64,000 nucleotides of DNA from Octopus sinensis (GCF_006345805.1 NC_042997.1:181412001-181476000), one strand, 5' to 3'; shown: positions 13,158 through 28,771, counted from the stretch's first letter. Notes: generated by a model not told the origin, from the letters alone. Numbers and translations are program-made.

Positions 13158-14340
13158 TATTTACAAGCAAACGAGGTGGCCTTTATGTAGTCACTCGACC
13201 GGCTGGAATTAGCTACTAAATATTTCTAACATACTATCACCTTCTAGTTTTGCTCGACCAAGTAGACCAGGGCTATACACCATGAACAAAATACCTGCCG
13301 TTGACATTTGCTTTTTGACAACAAATAAACTGAAAGTTATTATAGCCTATTTAGTAGGCCGTGTAACTTTATATAATAATGAAATGAGTCAATACACGCA
13401 ACACCGTAGGCACAAACTCACACTCACGCAAAACTAAAAAAACACATTCACACAAACGCAAATACACTGATAAACTTTACTTCTTATCTATTTCTACATA
13501 GTATCTGTTTACATAATTTTATTAAAAGGACCTGATGGTAATGAAGTCAACTGTTTGACAAACCTACATATATATAAACGATTGCATGCTGGCACCCACG
13601 CACACAGAAATACGTATATTTATGTATACGTATTTGTGTGTATAATTTCAATAAGTAAAAATTATTAAAAAAATTTACTTGGAATTTGTATAATATAAAT
13701 CAGATCTTTAAATAATAAAATAAAGATGATCTGCTGATAAAAATAAAAACCTGTTCGACCTGTTTATTTTCTTTTTATTATTTTTAAATAATGAAAAAGA
13801 AACGAAGCAGCATAAATGTTATCTAAATATATGACACAAAGAAAAGGGGAAAATGTAAGTAAAAGTGTTAAACATGGAAACAAGGAAACTCTGGGTAAAA
13901 TACCTGTAGACATGTTATAAATTGAGCTATAAAGGTTTGGTGATTACCGACCGCAACAATAAAAACCTCTTCCTATCACCTTTCTTGCTCGTGTCATACA
14001 TACATACACATACATACATACATACATACATACATACATACATACATACATACATACATACATACCTACATACACACATACATATATACATTCATATATA
14101 CATACACATTCATAAGATATTTATATGTCTACATGTATATACGTATATGTATACAGACATACACACGCATATACATATATATATAAATATATATACAACG
14201 ACCTCGAACCCACAAGAGTAAACAAGAGAGACAGAGACAGGCAGAAACAAGGAAAATGCTATTTGTATTTGAACACTATACAAATATTCTTTTAAAAAAC
14301 TTTTCTTTTAATTTTTCTAAATTTAATTGTTTAATTGTTA

Positions 14341-14376
14341 CAGTTGAAAAAGTCTCAATGACTGAAACCGGTACTG
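14341..14376 (+). ncRNA. Minimal hammerhead ribozyme, U3-A8 covariant core
   Basis: CAG-TTGAAAA-AGTC-TCAAT-GACT-GAAA-CCGG-TA-CTG: stems I and II pair, palindromic stem III, GUA site. Confidence 0.7.
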
Positions 14377-14435
14377 AAATTTATTTTATAAAATTATTTA
14401 AGCATTTTCTATCCTGACTTTTTTTCCATCTCTCT

Positions 14436-14546
<111 letters not shown>

Positions 14547-14695
14547 GTATGTGTGAATATGTATTTATATACGTATAGATGTGTATATATATATGTATGT
14601 GTATACATAGTGTATGTGCACGTATATGTGTATATATGTTTTCAGTGCATATGCATACACACACACACACTCACACACACATGCACACACACACA

Positions 14696-14733
<38 letters not shown>

Positions 14734-15227
14734 TTGTTTGATGTTAGGTTCTAGGTGAATTCGTTCGATAATCGAGAGAAAAGGCTTTGCAGTCTGCTTC
14801 TGCATCTGCACAATGGGAAATTTTCTCTTGCACAACGACGACCTGAATATGGACGGATTTTATTATAAGAATAAGAAATATTTATTCGTCCTTCTCTCCG
14901 CGCGGACGCAATCAAAACCATCGTCGATATTTTCCTCTTGTTATTGTTGTTTTCTCATTTAATATATTCTTGAAGTGATGAGATAAACACTTTTCACATT
15001 TTCCTACAGAAATCTTCATTCCTGTTGCCAACCTGAGTGCTTCAGACTCGTAGAGTGCACAGCAATATTTTGCAATAATCGCCGCTATACAAAAAAGTAA
15101 TTCCATTCAAGTGGTCGTTTTCTTCGACAGTTATAATTGAGTCGATATGATTACACGGTCTTTATCAGTCTTTGTTCGTTCGTACTTCTTTCTTTCTTTC
15201 ATTCTTCCTTCCTTCCTTCTTTCTTTT

Positions 15228-15307
<80 letters not shown>

Positions 15308-15794
15308 TTAGTTTCTTCGTGTTTTGTTGATGTATAAGGAAATTTAACGATTTACTGGTTTTCCTGTGTTGCGCAGTTATTCACTCAGTGAACGAAATAG
15401 TATATAATTCGTGTTTATGAAGATGATCTGCCAATAAAAATAAAAACCTGTTCGACTCGTTTATTTTCTTTCCCATTATCATTCATCCGTTTATTTGTTT
15501 GTTCGTTTGTTTGTTTGGTTATTTGGTCATATTTTTTGGGCGTTTTACTTTATTTTAACTACTTAAGGCAACACCCAAAACCTTTATCTGCCCTCGCCCC
15601 CGCCAAACTGGTGACTTTGTATCATACATAAGTACATATACCACATATACCACACCAAAATACCGTCTTGCCAAAGAAAGAAGCTCTATTCGGTCTCTCG
15701 ACCTGTTAGAGATTATGGACGAAATTCCCATAAATCACACTCTACCATCCCTTCGCGCCCACCTCAAAGAAAAAAAATTAAGTACACACTCTAT

Positions 15795-16102
15795 TACTCT
15801 TTTACTCTTTTACTTGTTTCAGTCATTTGACTGTGGCCATGCTGGAGCACCGCCTTTAGTCGAGCAAATCAACCCCCAGGACTTATTCTTTGTAAGCCTA
15901 GTACTTATTCTATCGGTCTCCTTTGCCGAACCGCTACGTTACGGGGACGTAAACACACCAGCATCAGTTGTCAAGCGATGTTGGGGGGACAAACACAGAC
16001 ACACAGACATATACACACATACATACATACATACATACATACATACATACATACATACATACATACATACATACATACATACATACTACATACATACATA
16101 CA

Positions 16103-16134
<32 letters not shown>

Positions 16135-16154
16135 CATACATACATATATATATA

Positions 16155-16204
<50 letters not shown>

Positions 16205-16879
16205 TGAAATAGAAAGATGAATAATCTTGTTGCAGATTAATCAAAAGTTTAACCGATACCTTGGTAGCAAAAATCACAGCAGAAGACAGCCCGGTTGGAG
16301 GTACAACCCTATGGTGTTGCAACCGTGCGTTGGTGCGGATAATTGAATTTTAATATTATTAGTGAATTGAAGAAATGGAGTTGAACGAAGATTGAACAGA
16401 AATCGTTTTATTGCATTCTACACGTGTTTCGAAAGGCACAATTTACCAAATTCCGATTGAATAAGGAGACCATATTGTGTCTTTCTCTTCAGGAAGAAAT
16501 AGGAAATCCGTTGGAAAAAACAAAAACAGAACAGAGGCGGAGCAAAACAAATCGAACGAGGCTCCTAAGAGCCCATGGCCAAACTGTTTATCAATGTATG
16601 TTGAAAAAATCTTCAACGCACCCACCACCCGTGTTCAACATACATTGATAAACAGTTTGGCCATGGACTCTTAGGAGCCTCGTTCGATTTGTTTTGCTCC
16701 GCCTCTGTTCTGTTTTTGTTTTTTCCAACGGATTTCCTATTTCTTCCTGAAGAGAAAGACACAATATGGTCTCCTTATTCAATCGGAATTTGGTAAATTG
16801 TGCCTTTCGAAACACGTGTAGAATGCAATAAAACGATTTCTGTTCAATCTTCGTTCAACTCCATTTCTTCAATTCACTA

Positions 16880-16929
<50 letters not shown>

Positions 16930-17018
16930 ATGTATGTATGTATATATATACGACGGGCTTCTTTCGGTTTTCGTCCACCGAATCCACTCACAAGGCTTTA
17001 GTCGGCCCGAGGCTATAC
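15795..17018 (-). mobile_element. CORE-type SINE split at its internal microsatellite by a fold-back HHR element
   Basis: 3' half ~15795-16010 and 5' part 16951-17018 match the SINE consensus seen at 26750-27260. Confidence 0.75.
16201..16881. mobile_element. Fold-back (inverted pLTR-like) non-coding element with two long-stem-II hammerheads (16416-16495 minus; 16744-16823 plus)
   Basis: ~248-bp near-perfect arms 16358-16605 / 16634-16881. Motif TTC-CTGAAGA-GAAAGACACAAT...ATTGTGCCTTTC-GAAA-CACGTG-TA-GAA. (TA)n flanks. Confidence 0.85.
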
Positions 17019-17410
17019 TGTATAATATTGTTATGGCTGGAACGTCTTTGATCATAAAGTCTTGTAAATCAGCATTGTGAATCAGCTAAACAACAAAAAT
17101 AACAGCAGCAGTGACAACAATAACAACTGCAGCAGCAGCAATGACGACGACAACGACACCAGCTTCAACAACTTCCTTACATCCTGAACGATAAAGTACT
17201 CAATCCTCGAACTATTTAGTTCTCTAGGATCTAACCTTAAATAAATCTTTAAAAAAAATAAAAAAATAAAACTTAGCTAGTTAACGAACCGCTTAAACTC
17301 ATGTGCTGAACACATCTTGAGCAAACGGTAATCAATGGCTTGAACCTAATTACATTGCTTTGATCCGCTCCACTTTTTAACTTTATTCAAGTTAATACTC
17401 GCCGCTAGGC

Positions 17411-17885
17411 AAGGCGGCGAGCTGGCTGAATCGTTAGCACATCGGGAAAAATTCTCAGCGGCATTTCGCCCGTTTTTATTTATTTATTTTTTCCCCTGAG
17501 TTCAAATACTGCCGATGTCTACTTTGCCTTTCATCCTTTCGAGATCGATAAAATATATACCTATTTCTTTATTACCCACAAGGGGCCAAACACAGAGGGG
17601 ACAAACAAGGACAGACATAGGTATTAAGTCGATTACATCGACCCCAGTGCATAACTGGTACTTAATTTGTCGACCCCGAAAGGATGAAAGGCAAAGTCGA
17701 CCTCGGCGGAATTTGAACTCACAACGTAACGCAGACGAAATACCGCTAAGCATTTCGCCCGGCGTGCTAACGTTTCTGCCAGCTCGCCGCCACTAAAATA
17801 TATACCAATTAAGCACTGGGGTCGATGTAATCAACTTAACCCTTCTCCCGAAATTGCTAGCCTTGTGCCAAAATTTTGAAAGCAC
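17411..17885 (+). mobile_element. tRNA-derived SINE (old-tail type) interrupted by an antisense Tx1-tailed SINE (17562-17793)
   Basis: TSD TAAAATATATACC at 17549-17561 and 17794-17806. Confidence 0.85.
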
Positions 17886-18148
17886 GATTTTGTTCTAAGT
17901 AACCTCATGTATCATTTTGTTACATATAAAAATACATTGCTATATCATATTTTGATAACATTCTTTCCAATGGCATAACGTTACAAGTATTGATTCGTTA
18001 CATGCAGCAGAAGCAGTTTTAATTTGAAATAGCAATTTGTGTGTCATACTTAAGGCAGGCATATCATTGAAAGCCTAATTAACTGTCGTATTTGTGTTGA
18101 GAGGGTATCTTTTACAGATGTACAGTGTTAAACACATACACACACATG

Positions 18149-18221
<73 letters not shown>

Positions 18222-18596
18222 TAGCACTGTGGTAAGAAGCTTGCTTCCTAACTGTGGTACCGTGGACAAGTGTCTTCTACCCTGGGCCGACCAAAGCTTT
18301 GTGAGTAGATTTGGTAGAGGGAAACTGTAAGAATCCCGTCGTAGTATATATATATATGCACATATTTGTGTGTGTGACTGTGTTTGACCCCCGCTATTGC
18401 TTGACAACCGATGCTGGAGTGTTTATGTCCTCGTAACTTAGCGGTTCGGCAAAAGAACCGATAGAATAAGTACTCGACTTACAAAGTATAAGTCCTGGGG
18501 GCAATTTCCCCGACTAACACTCTTCTTTAAGGTGGTACTCCAGCATGGCCGCAATCAAATGACTGAAACAAGTAGAATAATAAAAGAATAAAAGAA
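18222..18596 (+). mobile_element. CORE-type SINE copy
   Basis: Matches the family at 26750-27260. Confidence 0.75.
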
Positions 18597-18980
18597 TATA
18601 TATATATATGTATATATATATATTTATATAAAGAGAGAGAGAGAGAGAGAGAGGTGGGAGAGATGTATGTATATTCGTCGTCGTCAATTGTTCGTCGTTC
18701 GTTGACATTGACAGTTCTGTTCAGAACTCTAGACAAAATGCCTTGGAGTGTGAGTAATGCAGTTGGCGTCGTCTCTTCATGAAACTGCCTCTTTGGGCCT
18801 CCACACCAGGTACCAAGTGGTGTACAAGAGTTAAACGAGTATAGTCTATGATGTGGCTGTTCCGCAGTAGAAGCTCATTAGCTAGTTGAAGCCCAACCGT
18901 TGTCTGACGACACAGATCTTCCGTTTGGCCGCAATAACCTTCAAGTCGTTGGTCAAGGACCTTCTCAGTTATCCAACGTT

Positions 18981-20173
<1,193 letters not shown>

Positions 20174-20350
20174 CTTTGTTTTTTTTAAATTTTTATTTTT
20201 TGAATGATGAAAGAAAAGCAACAAGAGCAAATGGAGTGCCTAGTAGAAGACACAAGGTGCGACACAGTGGGACTGAACCCGGAACCATGTGGTCGAGAAG
20301 CAAGCTTCTTACCACCCAGCCACGCCAGCGCCTTAAAAGTACTAAGGTCA

Positions 20351-20388
<38 letters not shown>

Positions 20389-21157
20389 GGTATGTAGAAA
20401 AATACAACATGGACAAGAACGTATAACTCTTAGAAGACGATACAATAAACACGGACAGGACATTCGAAACCCTCAGTCTTCAGTCAAGAACCGGATCATC
20501 GTAGTAATTTCGGCTGATTAATCTTGAGATTACTAGATCACGGCCAGCCCTCCAAGAAAAACTAAGCAACGAGCATTAGAAAAACTAAGCTGGGAGCGTA
20601 GATTTCCTGGAAGAAGGATCGAATGCATACGGACACCAGGACAGCAAAAGGGACGAATATAAAAAAACAAAAAAATAATGGAATACAGAAACATGAAATA
20701 CAGAAGCATTAACGGTGATATATATATGTGTGTGTGTGTGTGTGTATGTGTGTGTGTGTGTGTGTGTGTTGGAGCTGGTTTGGAGCTAAACAGCAACAAC
20801 GAAGACGAAGACTGTTGCAAAAATAGTTACAACAAGCAGCCAATAAGACCTGTCACTACGTGGCTGCTCTACCCATCATCTTAAAACGAGAGGGACGTAT
20901 CATCGGTACGGTATTTCAATAAGTTGGCCGGAATGTTCGAACAAGAGATGAGCATGCTAATGTGGTCGAACAGCTTGTTTCACAACCACGTGGTCTCAAG
21001 TTCAGTTGCACTGGGCAAGTATCTTTATATGTGAAGCTTGATAGATGGAAACTGTACGAAAGACCGTCTTACATGCATACATAAAGATGCTTGCTTCATT
21101 TTGTCAGGTGATGGCCGTCTAACAATAAATGAACATATTGTTTATTTTAATTTTGAC

Positions 21158-21251
<94 letters not shown>

Positions 21252-21252
<1 letters not shown>

Positions 21253-21446
21253 GCGAGTGTCGCGTTGCTCCCAAGTAACTATGCCGTCCCGAATCGACCT
21301 TGAGCGACTTCAACAGAACCGAAGCATTCTATAGGGGATTAGTGGAGGAGAGGTACGACGACGATCTCGGGGCGAACCTGGGCGTCGACGAGGAATACTT
21401 GGACCGCCTATTCAAGACGACTTTCGGGCCGGGACCTATGGACAAC
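21252..21446 (+). pseudogene. Internal ORF2 fragment of a second Tx1-like family embedded in (TCTA)n
   Basis: FYRGLVEERYDDDLGANLGVDEEYLDRLFKTTFGPGPMDN aligns to LYSGLVESECDDGLGSTLGLGFIQLDSLFHRTFGLRTLDN in ORF2 at 45040-48441. Confidence 0.8.
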
Positions 21447-21538
<92 letters not shown>

Positions 21539-23489
21539 GTCCGTCCGTTCGCCTGTGTTTCTGTCTGTCTGTCCGTTTGTCTATGTATGCTTGTGTATAC
21601 ATGTGCATCTTTTTGTTTTTGTTTGGCTCTCGCCTCATGACAATTGGCGTCGGAGTGCTTACGCCCAATTACCTTAGCGGTTCGGCAAAAGGAATGCTGA
21701 TAGAAGTAGCTCACTTGAAATATGTATCGGGGTCAATCTGACCTACTAACCCTATCAAGATGGTTCTTCGGCACGGCTGCGTTCCGATGAACTGAAACGA
21801 GTTAACGAAAAGAATAGGTCTGTTTAGTCAGGGCCAGCATATGGTGGCGAAGTTATATCAACAACAGCAGCAATACCGACAACGTCAACAACAGCAATTA
21901 CAGCAGCAACAGCATCATATGATCAGAAATGTTTACAAAAACACCGGTATCTGTGCTTTTGAAAACTGAGCCAGTACATTTTAATCAATATCCTTTATAC
22001 TGCTTCAACAAATCAGGCTATGTTTATTTAATGCATTGTAATGTTCTTTATATGGGTCAAAGCTATTGCTGAACTGGGGCTTTGTTTTTGAAACTTTATA
22101 TAAGCAATGATCATTTTTTGGCAGGTGGTTATCGATTGACTATGACTTAACTAATTCCTACCCTACTTTTCCCCAGCTTCCGAATTAAGTGGTGGCCTCT
22201 GATTTCTAATTCATTTTCATTTTTTGTTTCTTAAATACACACCTGATATTTTCAATTTTTGTTTTCAACCGTGAGAAGTGTTCATATTTTCCCATTGAAT
22301 AAAGAAATAAAGAAAAAAAAATGAGAAGCAAAGAAACAAAACTATAACAAAAACCACACAAAACAGCCTCAAACATTGACTTAGGCCTCCACAATAGATA
22401 TATCGATTGTCTTAAAATGAACAAAAAACAAACCCAAAGCTAAAAACAACAGCAAAAAAAGCTTTTCAAACTCCGATCATTTTTGACGATAGAGAAAGAA
22501 AAACGCTATTATAAAGATATTAAAATCCTAAGAATATTTCTTTGGTATATTGTGCCAAGCAGTTTTCTTAGAACTACAATACTCACAGAGCATATTCAAA
22601 AGATATCGAGTAAATTGGGTTAAATTTCTTATTTTCAGTATCGGCGTTTTCTTTCGGATTCAAAGTGAGTCTCACAGCAAGAGATTAAGCTCCTGGAGAA
22701 CTTACTCCGTATGGCAAGGTATCAAAATTCCTCACTTGTAACCAATTTTCTTCTACTTATGCTGCCAATGGCACGAAAGCCATGCATTATCTTTTTCCTC
22801 TTATAAATTATATAGCCTTGTTGTGTAAGTTGGAAATCGTTATTTCAATCAGAGAGAGAGAGAGAGACAAAGAGAGAGGGAGAGAGAAAGAGGGAGAGAG
22901 AGAGATAGAGATAGAGAGAGAGACAGAGAGACAGACAGAGAGACAGACAGAGAGACAGAGAAAAGAAGAAGACCGTGTCCGAGAGAAAAGAAAATATCTT
23001 TGCACGAAAGTAAAAAGACAATCGCGAAATGATTTAAAAGTTTCAACCATTACGGCTGTTGTCGTTGTCGTTATCTTTCGACGTTGTTATTTCTAAGGGC
23101 ATCACTGACTAAACAGCCATCATCAGAAGCTTTGCAGCTGTGCTCATTATGCTTCTGTCTCAGGCACTGTGTATCTAAGATTGTCCAATGTGCCCGTCGA
23201 TTTTGAAGACAATAGAGTGCAATTTTAAGAAGATTTAGCTGCTATTTCTACCAAGTTGAGTAATCGCATAACGGTACCCCCTTTCAACTGTGATGCTGTT
23301 AATGTTAGACCTAAGGCCTAAGATACTTGCGTTGGCCATTTCATATTACTATTTCAGGTATTGTGTAAACAGGGCAAAATTATCCAAAGTGTCCTTCCTT
23401 TTAAAACAGTATAATGTGATTTGAGGGAGACTCATCTCTTTATTGCAGTCATTCAATAAAACTGGTACTCAGTCGGTTATAATGACAAA

Positions 23490-23767
23490 AATTCCGATCA
23501 ACGGACATTCTGCTCATGAAATTAACGTGAAAGAAGCTGAGCACTCCACAGACACGCGTACCCGTTCTCCGGGGCATTCAGCGTGACACAGAATTTGACA
23601 AGGCTGGCCCTTTGAATTACCGGTACGACTTATTTTTGTCAGCTGAGTGGACTGGAACAACGTGAAATAACATGACCTGCTCAAGGACACAACGTAACGC
23701 CGGGAATCGATATCACGAGCTAACGATCATGAACCAAATACCCTGACCACTAAGCCACGCGCCTTCA
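23490..23767 (-). mobile_element. tRNA-derived SINE (family also at 51801-52112)
   Basis: Reverse-complement head GAAGGCGCGTGGCTTAGTGG, plus shared body sequence. Confidence 0.7.
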
Positions 23768-24008
23768 GAGTCATTCAGCACAACATGCTTAAATGACTTA
23801 ATTATCCAAATTTATGCTATTGGCCCATTTGATTTATATTCCCTTACATAAGGTCTTCATATAGAGAGATATACATGCATTCATATATATATGCAGTTAA
23901 GTATATGTTCAAAGGGTGACCAATAGTTTCGCATCCAGAACGTGCTTAGCCCTATGGACAACTCGTAAGACCCTTGTGACAGAGAGAATATACTTCTTTA
24001 CTGACGTT

Positions 24009-24070
<62 letters not shown>

Positions 24071-24133
24071 ATCGACTAAAGGCGGTGCTCTAGCATGGCC
24101 ACAGTCAAATGACTGAAAAAAGTAAAAGAGGGT

Positions 24134-24799
24134 ATGGAGGCATTTGAAATAATCGAACCTCTGGATATAACGAGTCAACGAGGGAACATTTACATTGTCA
24201 CTTGACTTACAAGAAATAACGAAAAAATTATCCCCAAATCACAACCTGCCATTTTAGAGGGTGTCTCTACATAGTCATTCGATATGCTAGAAACAGTAGC
24301 AAAAACATCTCTTAAATTACATTCAAACGGTTTGAAAAGCGTCACATTGAATGATGTAGTCCTAAACTGAAATTGCCTGAGAGAAGGATGAGATGCTGAA
24401 AGTCTTTGATCATAAGTCTACGCAGTCAGTGTTAAGCTGAAATTAAGCATGAACAGGAAAGATGCATTATGTAATGCAGTCCCATTTACATTTCGTATGA
24501 ATAAAACGCTGGATAGTCACGAGTGGAACGCCATTAATCATGAATTTGTTCGACTCGTGCTGATACGGATGCTAAATAACAAATAGTGGTGAGAACATGC
24601 TATGCTATAGTTTGTTTAGCTTTATTGTGTAGAATAAGGGGTTTTAAATTTCAAAATTACAGCACAAGATGTCTAAGAATACAAGATGTAAGATAAATAG
24701 ATAAAAAAAGCTACATAAGTGGGAGATAGATGGACAGCTAGCTAGCTAGCCAGATAGATAAATGGATAGAGAAACAGACAGAGAAACAGACAGACGGAC

Positions 24800-24882
<83 letters not shown>

Positions 24883-25283
24883 AAGAAAGAGATAGAGAGA
24901 GAGAGAATTACAGCTTGAAATGTCGACAAAATGCCTCGGTTGATCCGGCGTATCATACATCTGCTCAAGCGTAGGTGATTAAGAACAACTACAACAGCAA
25001 GGGCGATGACGATGACTCGAACGACAATAATGTAATCGCTCTTCGGCCAGAAAAAGAAACAAAAACAAAAATACAAAGCAGGCCAACCAAAATGTTCCTG
25101 ATTAAAAAGAAAGGTAACATTGAGTAATTATAACACACACACACACAAACACATACATCACGGTACGGCACCCACATAAGTGGCAGGTTTTAAAAGGGAA
25201 AGTAAGTTGTCCCTTCAGTCCATAGATGGGAGTGACATCTTGGGCAAGGGTCAGCAATACCTTAGATGAAAACATCGGCAGTA
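24134..25283 (-). repeat. Arm 2 of the inverted duplication
   Basis: Reverse complement of 18981-20173. Its right end abuts the truncated mariner. Confidence 0.9.
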
Positions 25284-26466
25284 GTGTATTAATTTTTCCT
25301 TTTGACATTTGATAGCCGTTACTTTTAGCTTACTTTAGAAGCAAATTGCACGTAATTTTATTTACAGCTGTTACTTCAGTGTCACTTTTAGGATGGAGAG
25401 CAAAAACGACCATTTTTGCTATATTTTGCTTTTTTATTTCCATAAAGACAAGAATGCTGATGAGGCTCATAAAGAGATATGTGAAGTTTATGGTACTGAT
25501 TGCTTAACAGAACGCACATGTCAGAAATGGTTTTAAAAATTCCATTCTGGAGATTTTTCACTCAAAGTCAACCAACGTTCTGGTCGACCTACTGAAGTTG
25601 ATGATCACCGAATCAAAGCCATAATTGAATCTGATTGTCATATATATGCAGAGAAGTTAATTTTATTACACACAACAGTTACAAATCGCTTAAAATGTCT
25701 TGGACTCGTTAAGAAGCTCGATATTTGGGTTCCACATAGATTGAAAGAGATTCTCTTAACACAACGAATCAATGTTTGCGATATGCATCTCAAACGCAAT
25801 GAAATCGACCTTCTTTTGAAACTAATCATCACTGGTGATGAAAAATGGATTGTCTACAATAATACAATCGAAAACAATCATGGTCCAAGCGTAATGAACC
25901 AGCACAAACCACATTGAAAGCTGAATTGCATAAAAAAAGTTCATGCTGTCAATTTGGTAGGATTACAAAGGTGTTGTGTGTTTTGAGCTGCTTCCAAGGA
26001 ACCAAGCGATTAATTCAGATGTTTAAAGTCAACAACTAATGAAACTGGGGGAAGCAATAAAAAAAAAAAGGCCAGAATTGGCAGCTCGTGAAGGAATCGT
26101 GTTCCACCATGACAACGCTAGAACACACACGTCTTTGCTAACTTGTGAAAAATTATTGGAGCTTGGTTGGGAAGGGATGTAACATCCAGCATATAGCCCT
26201 GACTTTGTACCATCAGATTACCATTTATTTCGAAGTTTGTAAAATTCTTTGAATGGTAAAACGTTCAATAATGATGATGACCTGAAATAGCACACGCTTC
26301 AGTTTTTGGCTGATAAGGACCAGAAGTTCTATGAGCGCGGAATCATTAAGTTGCCAGAGAGATGGCAAAAAGTATCGAATAAAATTGATTAAAGTTCATT
26401 CTTTGTATGAAAAAAAAAATGACTTATATTTCACACTAAAATACCGAAATTACTTTCCTGCCAGCA
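25284..26466 (+). mobile_element. Mariner (DD34D) transposon with decayed transposase ~25393-26392; 5' TIR missing
   Basis: MESKNDHF..ILLFYF.., RSGRP, ITGDEKW, FHHDNAR and HPAYSPDFVPSDYHLF motifs with stops and frameshifts. Mariner-like 3' end AAATACCGAAATTACTTTCCTGCCA. Confidence 0.9.
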
Positions 26467-26749
26467 CACACACACATATTTATATAGATATACATACATA
26501 CACACGTACGCGCGCACACACACATAGGTACAGTATGGTCGAATGATTAAGAAGTGTGCTTTGGAATCACCACGAGGACCCGGGCAAATGGTCTCTTCTA
26601 TAAACTCGGGTTGACCCATACCTTATTAGTGAAACTGGGTGGACGAAAGCTGTATAGAAACTCGATGGATTGTACCTGTAATTCTAAGCCACAGTCTAAT
26701 CACATACCATGTCACATTGATTCTGCCTGAGAATTGCGTTAAAGTCACA

Positions 26750-26930
26750 GGCGCAGGAGTGGCTGTGTGGTAAGTAGCTTGCTTACCAACCACATGGTTC
26801 CGGGTTCATTCCCACTGCGTGGCACTTTGGGCAAGTGTCTTCTACTATAGCCTCGGGTCGACCAAAGCCTTGTGAGTGGATTTGGTAGACGGAAACTGAA
26901 AGAAGCTCATCGTATATATGTATCTATCTG

Positions 26931-27011
<81 letters not shown>

Positions 27012-27260
27012 ATCTATCTATCTATATATGTGTGTGTATGTGTGTGTATGCTTGTATGTCTGTGTTTGTCTCCCCAACATCGCTTGACAACCGATGCTGG
27101 TTTATTTACGACCCTGTAACTTAGCTGTTCGGCAAAAAGAGTCCGATAGAATAAGTACTAGGCTTACAAAGAATAAGTCCTGGGGTTGATTTGCTCGACT
27201 AAAGGCGTTACTCCAGCATGGCCACAGTCAAATGACTGAAACATGTAAAAGAGTAAAGAG
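26750..27260 (+). mobile_element. Full-length tRNA-derived CORE-type SINE with internal microsatellite
   Basis: A box GTGGCTGTGTGG, B box GGTTCATTCC, CORE-like TGGCACTTTGGGCAAGTG, tail (GTAAAAGA)n. Confidence 0.8.
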
Positions 27261-27779
27261 TATATCTCTGGAATACTCACCCACTTACGCGTTTGTTAAC
27301 ATAATTCACTTCATTGAGCGACTAACGAAATGAACGGAGAACCTTATACACAAACATACATACACACATATGTATGAGTGCGTGCGTGTGTCTCCGGTCT
27401 GTGTGCACGGGTGTGTATGTCAACTTAAGTTAAACCAATAAGGGTTTCGTTAGCGTGCAGTGATGAATTAAAATACTTCTCTACCTAGGGTGGAACTATA
27501 CAAGTCTTATCTATTGGGCTTACGATCACGTTTCACTTCCCGATCACAACAAACTCATTTCCCCTTACCTTACGTGTATCTTACTGGAATACAATCTGGC
27601 GTACAAACTCATTTCCTACTCTTGTAAATTTGTTGTTTTATATCAAAGAAGGAAATCAATAGTTTCTGTCATGGCGCAGGTTTCACCCTTCTTGACATTC
27701 TGAAAAGAATTGTAAGAGTCTATCTTGTTAAATTCGTTTTAACTGACAAATTATCTTGTCCATACGTAAACATTACTTC

Positions 27780-28330
27780 GCCTTTCTTTCTTTCTTTCTT
27801 TCTACTAACCAAAATCTTCTTCTCCCTATCCCTTCCTCCACTCCTTTTCCTTACTCCTTCCCCTCCTTCCCTCCCTACCATCCCCTCTCTTCTACTCTCC
27901 TCTACATCCCCCTTTTCCTCCCTCCCTTCTCCTCCATCTCCCCCTTCCACGCCACTTCCCCTTCCACCCCTTCTTCCCTCCTCTTCCTGCTCCTCCTGCT
28001 CTTGCTCCTCCTGCTCTTACTCCTCTTCCTTTTCCTGGCCCTTCTCATTCCACTCTCCTCCCCCTTCCAGTCACCCCACACCTCTCCCACCATACCTCTC
28101 CCGTCAAACCTCTCCCACCACACCTCTCCGGCCACACCTCTCCCGTCATACATCCCCCGCCACACCTCTCCCGCCATACCTCTCCCGCAACACATCTCGC
28201 GTCACACATCTCTTGCCACATTTCCCCCTCCACACCGCTTCTCCCCACACCCATTCTTCTTCTTCTTCTTCTTCTTCTTCTTCTTCTTCTTCTTCTTTTT
28301 CTGCTTCTCCTCCTTCTCCTCCTTCTCTCT
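27780..28330. repeat. Pyrimidine-rich low-complexity tract with a short degenerate minisatellite and (TTC)n
   Basis: Composition and recurring CACACCTCTCCC units. Confidence 0.8.
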
Positions 28331-28771
28331 ACCTGACAATATCCTAGTATTCTCTGAAGCAGCACAATTTTCGGAAGCAGCGTTAAAAGAAAAATATTAA
28401 TATAACTCAAACATAGCGCTTGTGTGGTTTCATGGCTGAAATTGTTTCCCATAAATTTCATTTTATGGAAACATTAAGCAAAATTATGGGATCTTAGTAA
28501 ATACTTCATTTTAGTATTATACTTTCGTGGAATTACAACAAAATTTTCCAATTCTGAAAAGAGAAAGAAGAAAATGTCAATTGCAATTTGTAAAAGGTCA
28601 GAGAAACAAAGAAATAGAGTTTAAAATATGGTATATTCTTCTTTTATGCACCAGCAACAATGCATGTATGTATGCATGTATGTATGTATGTATGTATGTA
28701 TGTATGTATGTATGTATGTATGTATGTATGTATGTATGTATGTATGTATGTATATGTCTATCTATCTACCT

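Noticed and set aside
14760-15130. Putative host exon after TTTTCCTACAG at ~15009
   Set aside because: A single plausible acceptor with no recognisable reading frame. RNA-seq would be needed.
27756-28461. 214-aa and 138-aa ORFs
   Set aside because: Low-complexity pyrimidine/purine tract that lacks stops by composition.
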